Below are positions 39,083 to 48,937 of a DNA stretch of 64,000 nucleotides, in pieces (position 1 is the first letter of the stretch; each line of letters begins with the position of its first letter). The translations under genes were made by a program, and so were the position numbers. Below the pieces are notes generated by a model, which was given only the letters and a program-made list of their open reading frames with translations, did not search any database and was not told the origin of the DNA. The stretch lies in NCBI GenBank assembly GCA_028865725.1, contig JAGWJP010000001.1, positions 207,143 to 271,142 of the forward strand, read 5' to 3'. This stretch comes from Patescibacteria group bacterium. Lineage in GTDB: Bacteria; Patescibacteriota; Minisyncoccia; UBA6257; JACRHW01.

Positions 39083-40954
39083 TTAGGTTGTTGCGGTGAG
39101 CTGTTTTTTGATGGCAATACCGCCGAGCTCGAGAAGGCGTTCAAAGGCTTCGCGTTCCAAGGTCTCTTCTTGTACCAGCGAATCAGCAATCAGTCCAAGC
39201 GCTTTACGTTGTTTTTTTACGATGCTTTCCGCGACCTTAAATGCCCCCGTCATTATTTTTTGTACCTCATCATCGATTTCGCTCGCTACTTTTTCTGAAT
39301 AGTTTTGTTCTGAAGTAATTTCGCGGCCCAGAAATACGAGATCTTGAGATTTTCCGAATGTAATAGGACCAAAGACATCGCTCATCCCATAGCGCGTAAC
39401 AATAAGACGGGCCATGTTTGATGCTTCTTTCAAGTCATTCGAGGAGCCCGTACTTACGTCGCCAAATATCAATTTTTCTGCGGCGTAGCCTCCGATAGCT
39501 ACCGCAATATCAGCCAAAAATTGTTTTTTTGTTTTGAGATGTGTTTCTTCAAGGGGAAGTTTTAAGGTGTAACCTCCTGCACGGCCGCGTGCAATAATAG
39601 TAACCTTATGAACCGGATCCGCCTCTGGCACCACTGAGGCCACAAGAGCATGCCCCGCTTCATGATAGGCGGTAATTTGTTTTTCTCGTGGAGAGATGAT
39701 CCGCGATTTTCGTTCCGGGCCCAAGAGCACTTTATCGATTGAGTTTAAAATGTCAGCCTCCGAAAGCATTTTTCTATTCATGCGCGCGGCGTATAGTGCA
39801 GCTTCGTTGATGAGATTTGCAAGATCGGCTCCTGAGAAGCCGGGTGTGCGTTCCGCTATTTTTCGGAGTGAGACGTTTTTGTCGAGATGCTTGTCGCTTG
39901 CATGGATTTGAAGAATGGCTTCGCGTTCTTTGATGTCAGGAAGGTCGAGAAGAACGCGTCGATCAAAACGTCCGGGGCGCAAAAGGGCGGAGTCGAGAAT
40001 ATCAGGGCGATTCGTGGCGGCGATCACAATAATTTGTGTTTCGCGATCAAATCCATCCATCTCGACGAGAATTTGGTTTAATGTCTGTTCGCGTTCGTCG
40101 TTGCCGCCGCCAAGTCCTGCGCCGCGTTCGCGCCCGATCGCATCAATCTCATCGATAAAAATAATAGCAGGCGCTGCTTTTTTAGCGACAGAAAAGGCGT
40201 CACGCACCCGTGAAGCTCCAACTCCCACAAAAAGTTCGACGAACTCTGAACCTGAAATATGAAAGAAAGGCACGTTTGCTTCGCCTGCTACTGCGCGCGC
40301 AAGGAGTGTTTTTCCTGTTCCGGGAGGCCCCACGAGTAGAATACCACGTGGAATACGCGCACCCATTTCAAGATATTTTTTCGGATACTTCAAAAAATCC
40401 ACTACTTCGCGGAGCTCCTCTTTTGATTCTTCAAGTCCTGCCACGTTCTTGAACGTTACCTTATCTTTTTCGCCGGGTGAGAAAAGACGGATATTCGAAC
40501 GACCGAAGAACATCGCCTGATTTGTATTTTTCTGTGCTTGGCGGAACATGTACCAGAAGATAAACAAAATGAGGAGCGCAGGAAGCACGGTAGGAACGAG
40601 CAAACCAACCCAGAACATAAAGCCCGAGTCGTTATTGATCTCAATCGTGATGCCCTGCAATTGGTCTTTTTGTACGCCGAGATTCGTGAGTGTTTGTGAG
40701 ATACCAAGTTCCGATTCTTTTTGCGCGACAAGGACCGTATTATCTTTTAGGGTCGCGTCGAGCTCGTTTCCCGTAACGGAGAGCTTGGTGACTTGTCCCG
40801 TGTTGATGTCGTTTACAATGTCGGAGAGCGTAACTTGTTTTGATGATTTGGGGAAGCCAATCAGCTCGCCGGCAATGAGGACAAGAAGGGCGAGCGTAAG
40901 GAATGCCCACGCAATATTTTTAAAAAGTTCTTTTCCGTTTTTAGGTTGTTGCAT
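39083..40954 (-). CDS. ftsH: ATP-dependent zinc metalloprotease FtsH
   Basis: Two N-terminal transmembrane helices. AAA+ module with GPPGTGKT, the second region of homology (SRH) and DEIDA. Protease domain with HEAGHA. Confidence 0.95.
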   Translation of the reverse strand: MQQPKNGKELFKNIAWAFLTLALLVLIAGELIGFPKSSKQVTLSDIVNDINTGQVTKLSVTGNELDATLKDNTVLVAQKESELGISQTLTNLGVQKDQLQGITIEINNDSGFMFWVGLLVPTVLPALLILFIFWYMFRQAQKNTNQAMFFGRSNIRLFSPGEKDKVTFKNVAGLEESKEELREVVDFLKYPKKYLEMGARIPRGILLVGPPGTGKTLLARAVAGEANVPFFHISGSEFVELFVGVGASRVRDAFSVAKKAAPAIIFIDEIDAIGRERGAGLGGGNDEREQTLNQILVEMDGFDRETQIIVIAATNRPDILDSALLRPGRFDRRVLLDLPDIKEREAILQIHASDKHLDKNVSLRKIAERTPGFSGADLANLINEAALYAARMNRKMLSEADILNSIDKVLLGPERKSRIISPREKQITAYHEAGHALVASVVPEADPVHKVTIIARGRAGGYTLKLPLEETHLKTKKQFLADIAVAIGGYAAEKLIFGDVSTGSSNDLKEASNMARLIVTRYGMSDVFGPITFGKSQDLVFLGREITSEQNYSEKVASEIDDEVQKIMTGAFKVAESIVKKQRKALGLIADSLVQEETLEREAFERLLELGGIAIKKQLTATT

Positions 40955-41068
40955 TGTGAAATAGGATGAATCGGTAATACATTATTATACGATACGAAAT
41001 ATGCATACGCAATAAGAAAAAAGCGCGTGTTACGATGCACACGCGCTTTGCGCCACACGGCGCTTTTT

Positions 41069-41917
41069 TTAGATCCACCCTCGCTTCCGTGCGAAGATGT
41101 ATCCGGCGGCGCCTATGCCGCCGAAGATCCCAACACCGAGGAGTAGCGGTACTACTCCTACGGCGAGGGCGAGCCCCACGGCGAGGATGAAGCCCGCGAC
41201 ACACGCCGCAGGCCTCCATCCCCACCGTTTGTAGACTTGCCACACCCCCACGCCCGCCGCAACGACGAGCGCGAGGGCGAGGATCGTCTTTCCGTAGAGC
41301 CAGATGGCGATGCCACTGGCCACAACGAGAAGTGCGATCCCCGTACGGCGCCACCCGAGTTTGCTCCCCACCCACGCGACGAATGCGAGGGCGAGGATCA
41401 CCCCAAGCAGCTGTACTGCCTGGGGCACCCACGTGGGCATGCGCATCTTCGGCGCGTGCCACGTGGGTAACACGGGCCAGGAAAACTTCTGGTTCCTGGC
41501 GACGGGCGCGGATTGCCCTCCATGGACCGCCTTCGCCGCACTCGCGCCGCCGCTGTGATGGCGGGTGGCAGGGGAGGCGACGGGTTTCGGTGTTTCCGTC
41601 CCGCCCGTCTTTTTTTCTTCCTCTTTTTTCTTTTCTTTTTTTGCCACCGGAGGGATGTAGCGTACCCGTCCGTTCGGGTTGGGCTTGCTCCATCTCCCTC
41701 CGGGTTTCTCATGAGAAAGCTCTTCGTCGTCTCGGGAGACGTACGTAGAGGCCTTCCCATGTATTCGTCCATCCGGCAGTTTCGCCGGCCGGACGATGTT
41801 CTCCATCGCCGCAGGCGAGGCGACAGCCTCGCAGGGGGTTTGCCCTCCATTTACCTCTGCCTTGCACGGCGGTGCGGAGATGAGACAAAAAAACAAAATC
41901 CAGATGAAAGTCTTCAT
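41069..41917 (-). CDS. hypothetical secreted/membrane protein encoded in a high-GC (~60%) segment
   Basis: Signal peptide MKTFIWILFFCLISAPPCKA, then a KKEKKKEEEKK linker, then four Ala/Gly/Val/Trp-rich transmembrane helices. GC content is sharply above the ~43-45% of flanking genes. Antisense ORFs here are Arg-rich artefacts. Confidence 0.5.
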   Translation of the reverse strand: MKTFIWILFFCLISAPPCKAEVNGGQTPCEAVASPAAMENIVRPAKLPDGRIHGKASTYVSRDDEELSHEKPGGRWSKPNPNGRVRYIPPVAKKEKKKEEEKKTGGTETPKPVASPATRHHSGGASAAKAVHGGQSAPVARNQKFSWPVLPTWHAPKMRMPTWVPQAVQLLGVILALAFVAWVGSKLGWRRTGIALLVVASGIAIWLYGKTILALALVVAAGVGVWQVYKRWGWRPAACVAGFILAVGLALAVGVVPLLLGVGIFGGIGAAGYIFARKRGWI

Positions 41918-42058
41918 AATAAAGACCTCCCATTTTCAATATACTAAGCCTATTTTATCATATATACATACATTTGTCAAATGCTCTTGACGTGAATTCC
42001 TTAAGCGCGCTACACTTTCTATTAGTTCTTTTTATGTGAGGAACAGGAGGTGCGAAGC

Positions 42059-42313
42059 ATGTCTGCAGGGAGTCATCCTTTGGATGATGATCTAAACGCA
42101 CTCGAAGATTACCAGAAGGAGCCTTATGTGCACCCGCTTACCTGCGGTCATGATTCTACTCATCCGCTTCTGGAGCCGATTATCATGAATAACGTGCTCT
42201 ATTTGTGGTGTCCGGAGTGTGATTATCGGCAAAAGGTTGATTCTGATCTTCTCGCAATGGCGCGGAATACGAATGCATACTATGCCAAACTTCGTGAAGG
42301 GGGGATGCTGTAA
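42059..42313 (+). CDS. small zinc-ribbon-like protein (paralog 1)
   Basis: AGGAGG RBS 8 nt upstream. Contains ...YQKEPYVHPLTCGHD...LWCPECDYRQKVDSDLL. Confidence 0.45.
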   Translation: MSAGSHPLDDDLNALEDYQKEPYVHPLTCGHDSTHPLLEPIIMNNVLYLWCPECDYRQKVDSDLLAMARNTNAYYAKLREGGML

Positions 42314-42603
42314 TGTCTCAGATGTTACGGGATCAGGTGAGCCTTTTAGAGTATCAGAGAAATCCTCACGTGGATGCATTTCAATGTCTTAATACCGGAC
42401 ACGATGTGCTCGTACCTGTTTTTGCTTCTGCGCTCCCAGGAGGATTCCTTCGCAAGAGAGATACCGCGCGTTCATGCGATGTGGGCATTGTTTTGGTGTG
42501 TCGTGATTGCGGCTATCATCGTCCCGTTGATCGCGGACTTCTTCGCCGGGTAGAGAAAGTCATCACGAGTGCGCGCGTGTTTCCTCACGTATTTCCGGCG
42601 TAA
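42313..42603 (+). CDS. small zinc-ribbon-like protein (paralog 2)
   Basis: Start overlaps the preceding stop (TAATG). Contains ...YQRNPHVDAFQCLNTGHD...LVCRDCGYHRPVDRGLL, the same pattern as paralog 1. Confidence 0.45.
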   Translation: MSQMLRDQVSLLEYQRNPHVDAFQCLNTGHDVLVPVFASALPGGFLRKRDTARSCDVGIVLVCRDCGYHRPVDRGLLRRVEKVITSARVFPHVFPA

Positions 42604-42734
42604 TCCTGTTGATCTCTTCAATGAATTTTCCGCTCTCATGCGGATTTTTTTGACAATGAAACAAATAATGCTATAGTAGTTATCTCGATGCCTTCTCATA
42701 GAAGAAGGATAGAATAATAAAGAAGGAGGTTTCC

Positions 42735-42998
42735 ATGAGTAAGGAAACGACCGTGTCTGGTACTGTCCTTGATTTTATTTGGAATGGAACGCATTATCGT
42801 GTACCTGTGAAGATTCGCGAGACGTGTTTCATTATTCTTCCTACGCGTGAAATTCTTGGCGTGCAGGAGTGGTGTGCGCAGACTATTCCTTCACCGCAAC
42901 TTGTAACAACCGGTTCAGTTCCTCCCATACAGTCCCTTTCTGATGCCGCGGCGCAACTTTTTCATGCGGTGCTTGCGACCGAAGTGAAAGAAGACTAA
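42735..42998 (+). CDS. hypothetical small protein
   Basis: GAAGGAGG RBS; 87 aa. Confidence 0.4.
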   Translation: MSKETTVSGTVLDFIWNGTHYRVPVKIRETCFIILPTREILGVQEWCAQTIPSPQLVTTGSVPPIQSLSDAAAQLFHAVLATEVKED

Positions 42999-43099
42999 AC
43001 GATCTATTATATCATCAGCGCTCTCTCACGAGCGTTTTTTGTTCTTTGGTGCCATCTATACAAAATGGAAATTACGATGTAGTATTATACACATCAAAC

Positions 43100-43171
43100 G
43101 CTCTCGTCGTTCAACGGATAGGACGCAAGATTGCGGATCTTGCAATAGAGGTTCGATTCCTCTCGAGAGCA
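43100..43171 (+). tRNA. tRNA-Arg (anticodon read as GCG), no CCA encoded
   Basis: GCTCTCG-TC-GTTC-AACGGATA-GGAC-G-CAAGA-TTGCGGA-TCTTG-CAAT-AGAGG-TTCGATT-CCTCT-CGAGAGC-A. Confidence 0.7.
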
Positions 43172-43210
43172 CAAGACAGGACGTATGAATCGAGAATTGT
43201 GAAAACAAAC

Positions 43211-43741
43211 ATGCCGACAATTTTTACTATCGGACACTCAACGAGAACGATTGATCAGTTCCTAGCGTTGCTGAAGGCTCATGGTATTGAAAAACTTGTC
43301 GATATACGCACGATTCCAAAGTCTGAACATAATCCGCAGTTCAACCAAGAGGAGATGCGTACATCTCTGGAGAAGGCCTGTATTTGTTACGAGCATCTCA
43401 AAGCATTGGGAGGATTGCGTCATGCGAAGAAGGATTCAAAGAATCTTGGGTGGGAGAATCTTTCGTTTCGGGGTTTCGCGGATTATATGCAAACCGAGGA
43501 ATTTTCAAAAGGATTAGAACGATTGGAAACGATAGCGCAAAAGAAAACCACGGTTATCATGTGCGCCGAAGCGGTACCATGGAGATGCCATCGTTCATTG
43601 GTTGCTGATGCCCTCGTTAAAAAGAAGTGGCGTGTATTACATATCCAAAGCAAAAAAACCGCCTCCCCGCATAAGCTTACCCCCTTTTTAAAAATGCAAA
43701 GGGGTCAATTGACGTATCCAAAAAGTGCATCTCATGCATGA
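43211..43741 (+). CDS. DUF488 (YeaO-like) family protein
   Basis: MPTIFTIGHSTRTIDQFLALLKAHGIEKLVDIRTIPKS...VIMCAEAVPWRCHRSLVAD. The start is placed after the tRNA-Arg, which the six-frame ORF overruns. Confidence 0.65.
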   Translation: MPTIFTIGHSTRTIDQFLALLKAHGIEKLVDIRTIPKSEHNPQFNQEEMRTSLEKACICYEHLKALGGLRHAKKDSKNLGWENLSFRGFADYMQTEEFSKGLERLETIAQKKTTVIMCAEAVPWRCHRSLVADALVKKKWRVLHIQSKKTASPHKLTPFLKMQRGQLTYPKSASHA

Positions 43742-43955
43742 AAAAGAAAAACTCGGTGAACTTCGTAAGAAGATGGAGTTGATACAACCGCACATACTGT
43801 GTACGGATCACTCTGGTTTCCGATCATTGTATACAAAAACGAAAAATACCAAAACAATACTGCAACGGTATTTTGTTTAATTTATTCTTGCAACAAACTG
43901 CAGAGAATAGAAGTCGATTTTTATTCATGCTATCATAGATGCATCATGTTATTGT

Positions 43956-45326
43956 ATGATAACTCAAGAACTTATCGCGCATATCAATCAACAGCTTGCC
44001 CAGGGTGCTACGTCGGAGGCAATACGGGAATCGTTGCTTCAAGCAGGTTGGCCCACGTCAGATATTGATGAGGCATTTAAATCACTTGATTCACAAACAT
44101 CGACGCTATCATCTCCCAAGAAGTCGTCCAATACATTGCTTATAAGCATTAGTGCTCTCTTAATTTTTTGTCTTATTGGAGGAGGTGCATTTGCATATTT
44201 TACATTTTTGACCCCCAATCCGACTGAAATTTTTAAAAAGAGTCTTCAAACATCTCTCAATACCACATCGTTTTCTTTCGCGGCTACAAGTACTGCTGAT
44301 GCAGAAATTCAGATCGATAATGAAATAGTACCGCCACTGTCAAATGTGTCTATCGCCTCAAACTCAAACGGGTCTATTGATTTTCGTTCATTAGATGCGC
44401 CCTTATTCGATGTTGCTTTTGGAACGCTTACAAATTTTAATACAGCCACCAGTAGCGGATTGATTTCGATGAGACTCAATGAGAGATACCTTAATAAAAA
44501 TCTTTATATTAATTTAAAAAATTTTAATGTCTCTTATACATCGACCGATCCTAGGGCCGCGGGAATGCAAGTGTTTATTGGATTGGCAAATGGTTTTATG
44601 GCTTCATTGGAAAATAAATGGATACGAATTGATATCGATAAAACGATTCATTCAGTCAACTCTTCTCATCAAATCTTTCTGACCCAAGAAGACATGACGA
44701 TGATTCGGAACTATGTATTGAGCATGAGTTATGTCACTTCAATGAGCAATGGTGGCCGTGAAACAGTAAACAATGTTCCCACATATCATCTCAAGGTAAC
44801 AACGCAACACGGCCAGGAGTTAATCAACCTCATACGAAAAATTATCCTTGAAAAACAAACGATTGTTCCCAAAGACATGGATGCATTTAACAAAAATATG
44901 GAGGTGCTCTCAAGAAATATTAGTCAAAAGATTAATTGGGATATTTGGGTTGGAAGGAATGATTCGCTTATTTATAGAATTACGTCGTCTTCTCTAGTAA
45001 TTCCTATAGTAATGAATGGTGCACAAATAGGGACGGTAACGGGAAATTTAGAAGTCAATCTCAGTAACTATAATCGACCCATATCAGTGACTGTTCCTCA
45101 GAGCGCCCTTCCGTTAGAACAAATACTGCAAAATCTCTTCACGAGCATGTTTGGCAGCAAGGCGATATCGGCTTCAGGAATAACTATTCCTAATGTATCT
45201 GTTGGAGCAAATAACATCCAAGGATTGTTGTTTCCACGAGCACAAAATGTAATACCGTCGATTAATTACACTGAAGCACCTTTGCACGCGGGAGATTATG
45301 GGCATAGAGCGCACACCAGGTCGTAG
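43956..45326 (+). CDS. hypothetical membrane-anchored protein
   Basis: 456 aa. Short cytoplasmic N-terminal domain, one transmembrane helix, and a large Ser/Thr/Asn-rich extracytoplasmic domain. Confidence 0.5.
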   Translation: MITQELIAHINQQLAQGATSEAIRESLLQAGWPTSDIDEAFKSLDSQTSTLSSPKKSSNTLLISISALLIFCLIGGGAFAYFTFLTPNPTEIFKKSLQTSLNTTSFSFAATSTADAEIQIDNEIVPPLSNVSIASNSNGSIDFRSLDAPLFDVAFGTLTNFNTATSSGLISMRLNERYLNKNLYINLKNFNVSYTSTDPRAAGMQVFIGLANGFMASLENKWIRIDIDKTIHSVNSSHQIFLTQEDMTMIRNYVLSMSYVTSMSNGGRETVNNVPTYHLKVTTQHGQELINLIRKIILEKQTIVPKDMDAFNKNMEVLSRNISQKINWDIWVGRNDSLIYRITSSSLVIPIVMNGAQIGTVTGNLEVNLSNYNRPISVTVPQSALPLEQILQNLFTSMFGSKAISASGITIPNVSVGANNIQGLLFPRAQNVIPSINYTEAPLHAGDYGHRAHTRS

Positions 45327-45384
45327 TTCAAGAGACCTCGGTTCTTACCTTGCGCAGACGGCAATAAAAATAAGTAAATCGGAT

Positions 45385-45972
45385 TTAGAAACGAAGCGCG
45401 CGTCCTAAGAGATGAATAAAGGATTCAGAGCGTTGCCGTTCCTGAAGATGAGGTTGCAGAGCTTCGCGTACCGGTTCGATATGATTGAGATGTACATAAA
45501 AATCGAGCGGGAGATGCAGTCGTTTTTTAGGAGTAAAGGAGAGTTCGAATACTTCTTCACCAAGCGGGATAATGCTGAAATCCTCATAATCACTCATGGG
45601 ATGCCATCGTTCATGCACCATAATTCCTTTGTCGTAGATATCCACAACAAATACATGCGGATCATGATGGGCCGTCATTAAAAAGTAAAAGATGGCGATC
45701 AGGATGAATAACAAAAAAAGATAATCGTTTGTGAAAAACGCAAATGCACACAAGATGAGCCCGATGCCTCCCGCCCACCAATACCATGTTACAGAGCGTT
45801 CATATTCGAGAAATGTTTGGGAAGGGAAACCAAGCACAAAGAACCCGTGCGGAGGGGTTTTGGTATTATGATACACTCCCTGTTCATCTTGTTCTCCACG
45901 CGGGGCGCCAGGGGTAGGGGGAGGAAGTTTTCTGAGATTGATTGTTGTCATACTCTTCTTCAAGTGTATCAT
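45385..45972 (-). CDS. hypothetical membrane protein
   Basis: 195 aa with two transmembrane helices. Confidence 0.4.
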   Translation of the reverse strand: MIHLKKSMTTINLRKLPPPTPGAPRGEQDEQGVYHNTKTPPHGFFVLGFPSQTFLEYERSVTWYWWAGGIGLILCAFAFFTNDYLFLLFILIAIFYFLMTAHHDPHVFVVDIYDKGIMVHERWHPMSDYEDFSIIPLGEEVFELSFTPKKRLHLPLDFYVHLNHIEPVREALQPHLQERQRSESFIHLLGRALRF

Positions 45973-46045
45973 ACTTATCCCGGAAGGGCGGTGTGCATAA
46001 AAACACTCGCCGGGAAGAAGCGAGTGCTGTGAATTTAATTATGTG

Positions 46046-46768
46046 CTATTTTTTTTGAACAGTGATCCATACCGGATTGCGCGCGGAAGATAGTGCAGAA
46101 CTTCCCCCGTCAAAAAAGACGATGGTATTCCATTCTGGATGATCAAAGAAAAGTCGGATGATATCCCATGCCGTACCATAACGTGTGACGAGTGCGCAGG
46201 TCGCGCCATTATTCGAGATAAATAACGCATTACGAGTGGTCGTGTCCCATGGTCGTATTTTACTCCGACGCAATACTGCATTAATATTTCGTTCTGAAGA
46301 GGAACGATAAAAGATAGGGCCGGTTGCGATGACCCAATGGACATGGAGAGGATTTTTACGGGATATCTCATTCAAGTGCCTCGCGGTATGCAAGAGGAAG
46401 GTGCGGGTGGTAGTATTTTCATTGCAATAGAGGTAGGGAAGAGGTTTTCGCGTGTTTATCGCTGAAATAATTTTTCCTTCGATCTCGACATAATCCATGG
46501 GTGCCCAATTTCCGTATTGACGGAACTTGTAGCCCGCAGGAGAAAGGTCGACACAGTGGGTGCGGAAGAGTACATTAGCACGCGTCGTTCCATGCGGAAC
46601 ATATACGACATTTATGCGATAGGAAGCGAGCGAATACGTACGCGGCATGTGTGAGTAGTATGTCGGAGGGTGGGACAATGCCCGCGCGCCGATTATACAT
46701 GCACTACAAAGAATAATTGCAGCGAAAAATGCTTGTATTCGCACGAGACCCACCTCTTTTCTTTTCAA
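46046..46768 (-). CDS. secreted phosphodiester glycosidase-like (DUF2233/NAGPA-like) protein
   Basis: Signal peptide. ...FISNNGATCALV... and FFDGGSSALS resemble the LDGGGSS motif of that family. The fit is weak. Confidence 0.4.
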   Translation of the reverse strand: MKRKEVGLVRIQAFFAAIILCSACIIGARALSHPPTYYSHMPRTYSLASYRINVVYVPHGTTRANVLFRTHCVDLSPAGYKFRQYGNWAPMDYVEIEGKIISAINTRKPLPYLYCNENTTTRTFLLHTARHLNEISRKNPLHVHWVIATGPIFYRSSSERNINAVLRRSKIRPWDTTTRNALFISNNGATCALVTRYGTAWDIIRLFFDHPEWNTIVFFDGGSSALSSARNPVWITVQKK

Positions 46769-46893
46769 GGATTTCTGCGTATACTATACCTGGTTTTTCT
46801 TATTTTGAAAAGATGTATCTTGTTGGATTGGTGCTATGGATACATTCCTTCTGCGCCTAGGGGTAGAGAGGCTGCGGTCGTGCATTGTAATGT

Positions 46894-46964
46894 GCGAGAG
46901 TAGTACAGTGGTAGTATGCGACCTTCCCAAGGTTGAGATGCGGGTTCGATTCCCGTCTCTCGCT
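46894..46964 (+). tRNA. tRNA-Gly (anticodon CCC)
   Basis: GCGAGAG-TA-GTAC-AGTGGTA-GTAT-G-CGACC-TTCCCAA-GGTTG-AGAT-GCGGG-TTCGATT-CCCGT-CTCTCGC-T. Confidence 0.85.
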
Positions 46965-47432
46965 CAATATTATCGCAGCCTTACTCGGCAATGATTAGAG
47001 CGTTCGTTCAAAATTTCTTCTGTCACGGTATAGCACGCAAGAGTATATTTGAAAAATTCGGCATTGTGCAACTTATCCGCCATAACATTACGCATCCCGC
47101 ATCGCCGATTTTTTTTGTTGTCCTTTGAAAAATGTAGATGGAATTATCGGTGAAAGAAGGTCACGACGACGTGCTGTCATGACCGCGCATAGTGTGCCGG
47201 AGTTATAATAAGACAGATCGGAAGCCTTGGAGGGATTTATTAAACTTGAAAGAAAATCCCGACCAATAGGGTCGGGGGATGTATCACAAGCCTGAGGGCA
47301 TCATTGCATCGGAACGAAGAAATCTAAAAAATTCCTGAATTGCATCAAGGTGTCCGTGGAAGTTTATCTTTAATAGCGTTCTCTATAAGTTTGATGGTAT
47401 AGTAAGGATGATAGTTAGTTGGTATTTTTTGT

Positions 47433-48608
47433 ATGAATGTTCAGAAAATTTATATAGGAGGATGGTTTCAACGGACGACGCTTCACTTGTCCGAAATTTA
47501 TGATTTTCTTAAAAAGGCAGAATCTCCTCTTGACCTTGAACATGAACGTCTCGTCGCCTTGCGTGATGCGATGGATCTTCAATCGGTCGAAATGAAATTA
47601 TGGCACCTTGACTATGTGGATCTTATAAGTCGTACCGGCATCGAAACGAAGATTTATGAGGACGGTTTGATGATAGTGAGCATCGAAAACACAAGGGAGG
47701 TAGATAATGATGTAACCGCACTTACTACCTACTATGAACAAAAATTGTCTCCTGGTATAAGTTACATTTTTAGCTTAGGCGCTCCCATTCCCAAAGAGCT
47801 TGCGCATATTAAAACAATTTATCCCTATTTTGTCGTTTTGGATCATGCGGAGCAAAAGGATATTGATGCTCTCATGCATCAGTTTGAACAGGAGCGTTAT
47901 TTTGATATTCATGAGAAGGGGTTTGAGATTTATCGGGGGGACAAGCTGTATATTATTAACAATACGTCCGAGTCACTTTCCGATATTGAGAAATTTATTG
48001 AGGAACAAATATTTATCCGTGAATTTAAGACTCAACTGCATCGTTATCTGAATCTGCACCGCATTATCTGGGAACGGATCGCGGAGGTCAAGGAGCGCGG
48101 CGCGATACGCGGGGATGAGGTCGGTGCGTTTAAGGGAAAGATCGAAAGTTACGCAAAGACCATCAATCTTATTGAGGCACGTATCAACCAGATGGGTACC
48201 TATATTCGTACCCGCGAATCTATTGCGAAAGAGAACACGTGCCTTACTCATTTTTTGAATGTGTTGGAATTTAAATACGAAACGCTCGCCGATACGCTCG
48301 AGTATATAAAAGATATTTGGACGATGACAAAGAATTATGTTGAATCTGCGCTCTCTTTGTTTTCTGGTATTCAAGCGAAAAGTACAGAAAGTTCTGTGCG
48401 CAACTTGACAGTCATTACCTCGATGGGAGTAGGTGCTACGTTGATTGGTCTCTTTTCTCAAAAGTTGCCTCAATTGCATGTATCGGGTGTGATTTATTTT
48501 GTGGTTGTTGCGGGGGTAGGCTACTCCGCCGACAAGCTTATGAAGCGTATTTATCAGCGCCGTATGTATAGCATTGGTGATATTAAGATTGCAAAAGACA
48601 TCGCATAA
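47433..48608 (+). CDS. hypothetical protein with two C-terminal transmembrane helices (CorA-like topology, no GMN motif)
   Basis: 391 aa. A soluble N-terminal ~320 aa is followed by VITSMGVGATLIGLF and VIYFVVVAGVGY helices. Confidence 0.45.
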   Translation: MNVQKIYIGGWFQRTTLHLSEIYDFLKKAESPLDLEHERLVALRDAMDLQSVEMKLWHLDYVDLISRTGIETKIYEDGLMIVSIENTREVDNDVTALTTYYEQKLSPGISYIFSLGAPIPKELAHIKTIYPYFVVLDHAEQKDIDALMHQFEQERYFDIHEKGFEIYRGDKLYIINNTSESLSDIEKFIEEQIFIREFKTQLHRYLNLHRIIWERIAEVKERGAIRGDEVGAFKGKIESYAKTINLIEARINQMGTYIRTRESIAKENTCLTHFLNVLEFKYETLADTLEYIKDIWTMTKNYVESALSLFSGIQAKSTESSVRNLTVITSMGVGATLIGLFSQKLPQLHVSGVIYFVVVAGVGYSADKLMKRIYQRRMYSIGDIKIAKDIA

Positions 48609-48747
48609 TGAAAGTGAGGCATGAGAGGTGTGTCCAACTTCGAATGTCAATCTGTATCTTAAGGTGTGATATTCAGGTGTAGTACGTTTTGCTGCGGGGT
48701 TTATTTTTTGAGCAAAATATGTAAGTATGAGACCTGCAGAACATCAT

Positions 48748-48820
48748 GCCAATGTAGCTCAGTTGGTAGAGCAACGCTTTCGTAAAGCGTGGGTCGCCGG
48801 TTCAAGTCCGGCCATTGGCT
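48748..48820 (+). tRNA. tRNA-Thr (anticodon CGU)
   Basis: GCCAATG-TA-GCTC-AGTTGGTA-GAGC-A-ACGCT-TTCGTAA-AGCGT-GGGTC-GCCGG-TTCAAGT-CCGGC-CATTGGC-T. Confidence 0.9.
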
Positions 48821-48937
48821 CATATGATCTTTGGGTGGTTTGCGCGCTCTTTGTGTCTACCTAAAAAACGCTGGACTTTTTGATTTTTTTAGTCTATATT
48901 TCCTTGAGAAGCAGAACTGCTATCTTGAAAAAGGGGG

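Noticed and set aside
40941-41947. Multiple overlapping ORFs (250, 138, 150, 144 aa) in all frames around 41.0-41.9 kb
   Set aside because: They are a consequence of the ~60% GC segment suppressing stop codons. Their products are Arg/Pro/Gly-rich nonsense. Only the minus-strand 282-aa ORF has a signal peptide and coherent transmembrane helices.
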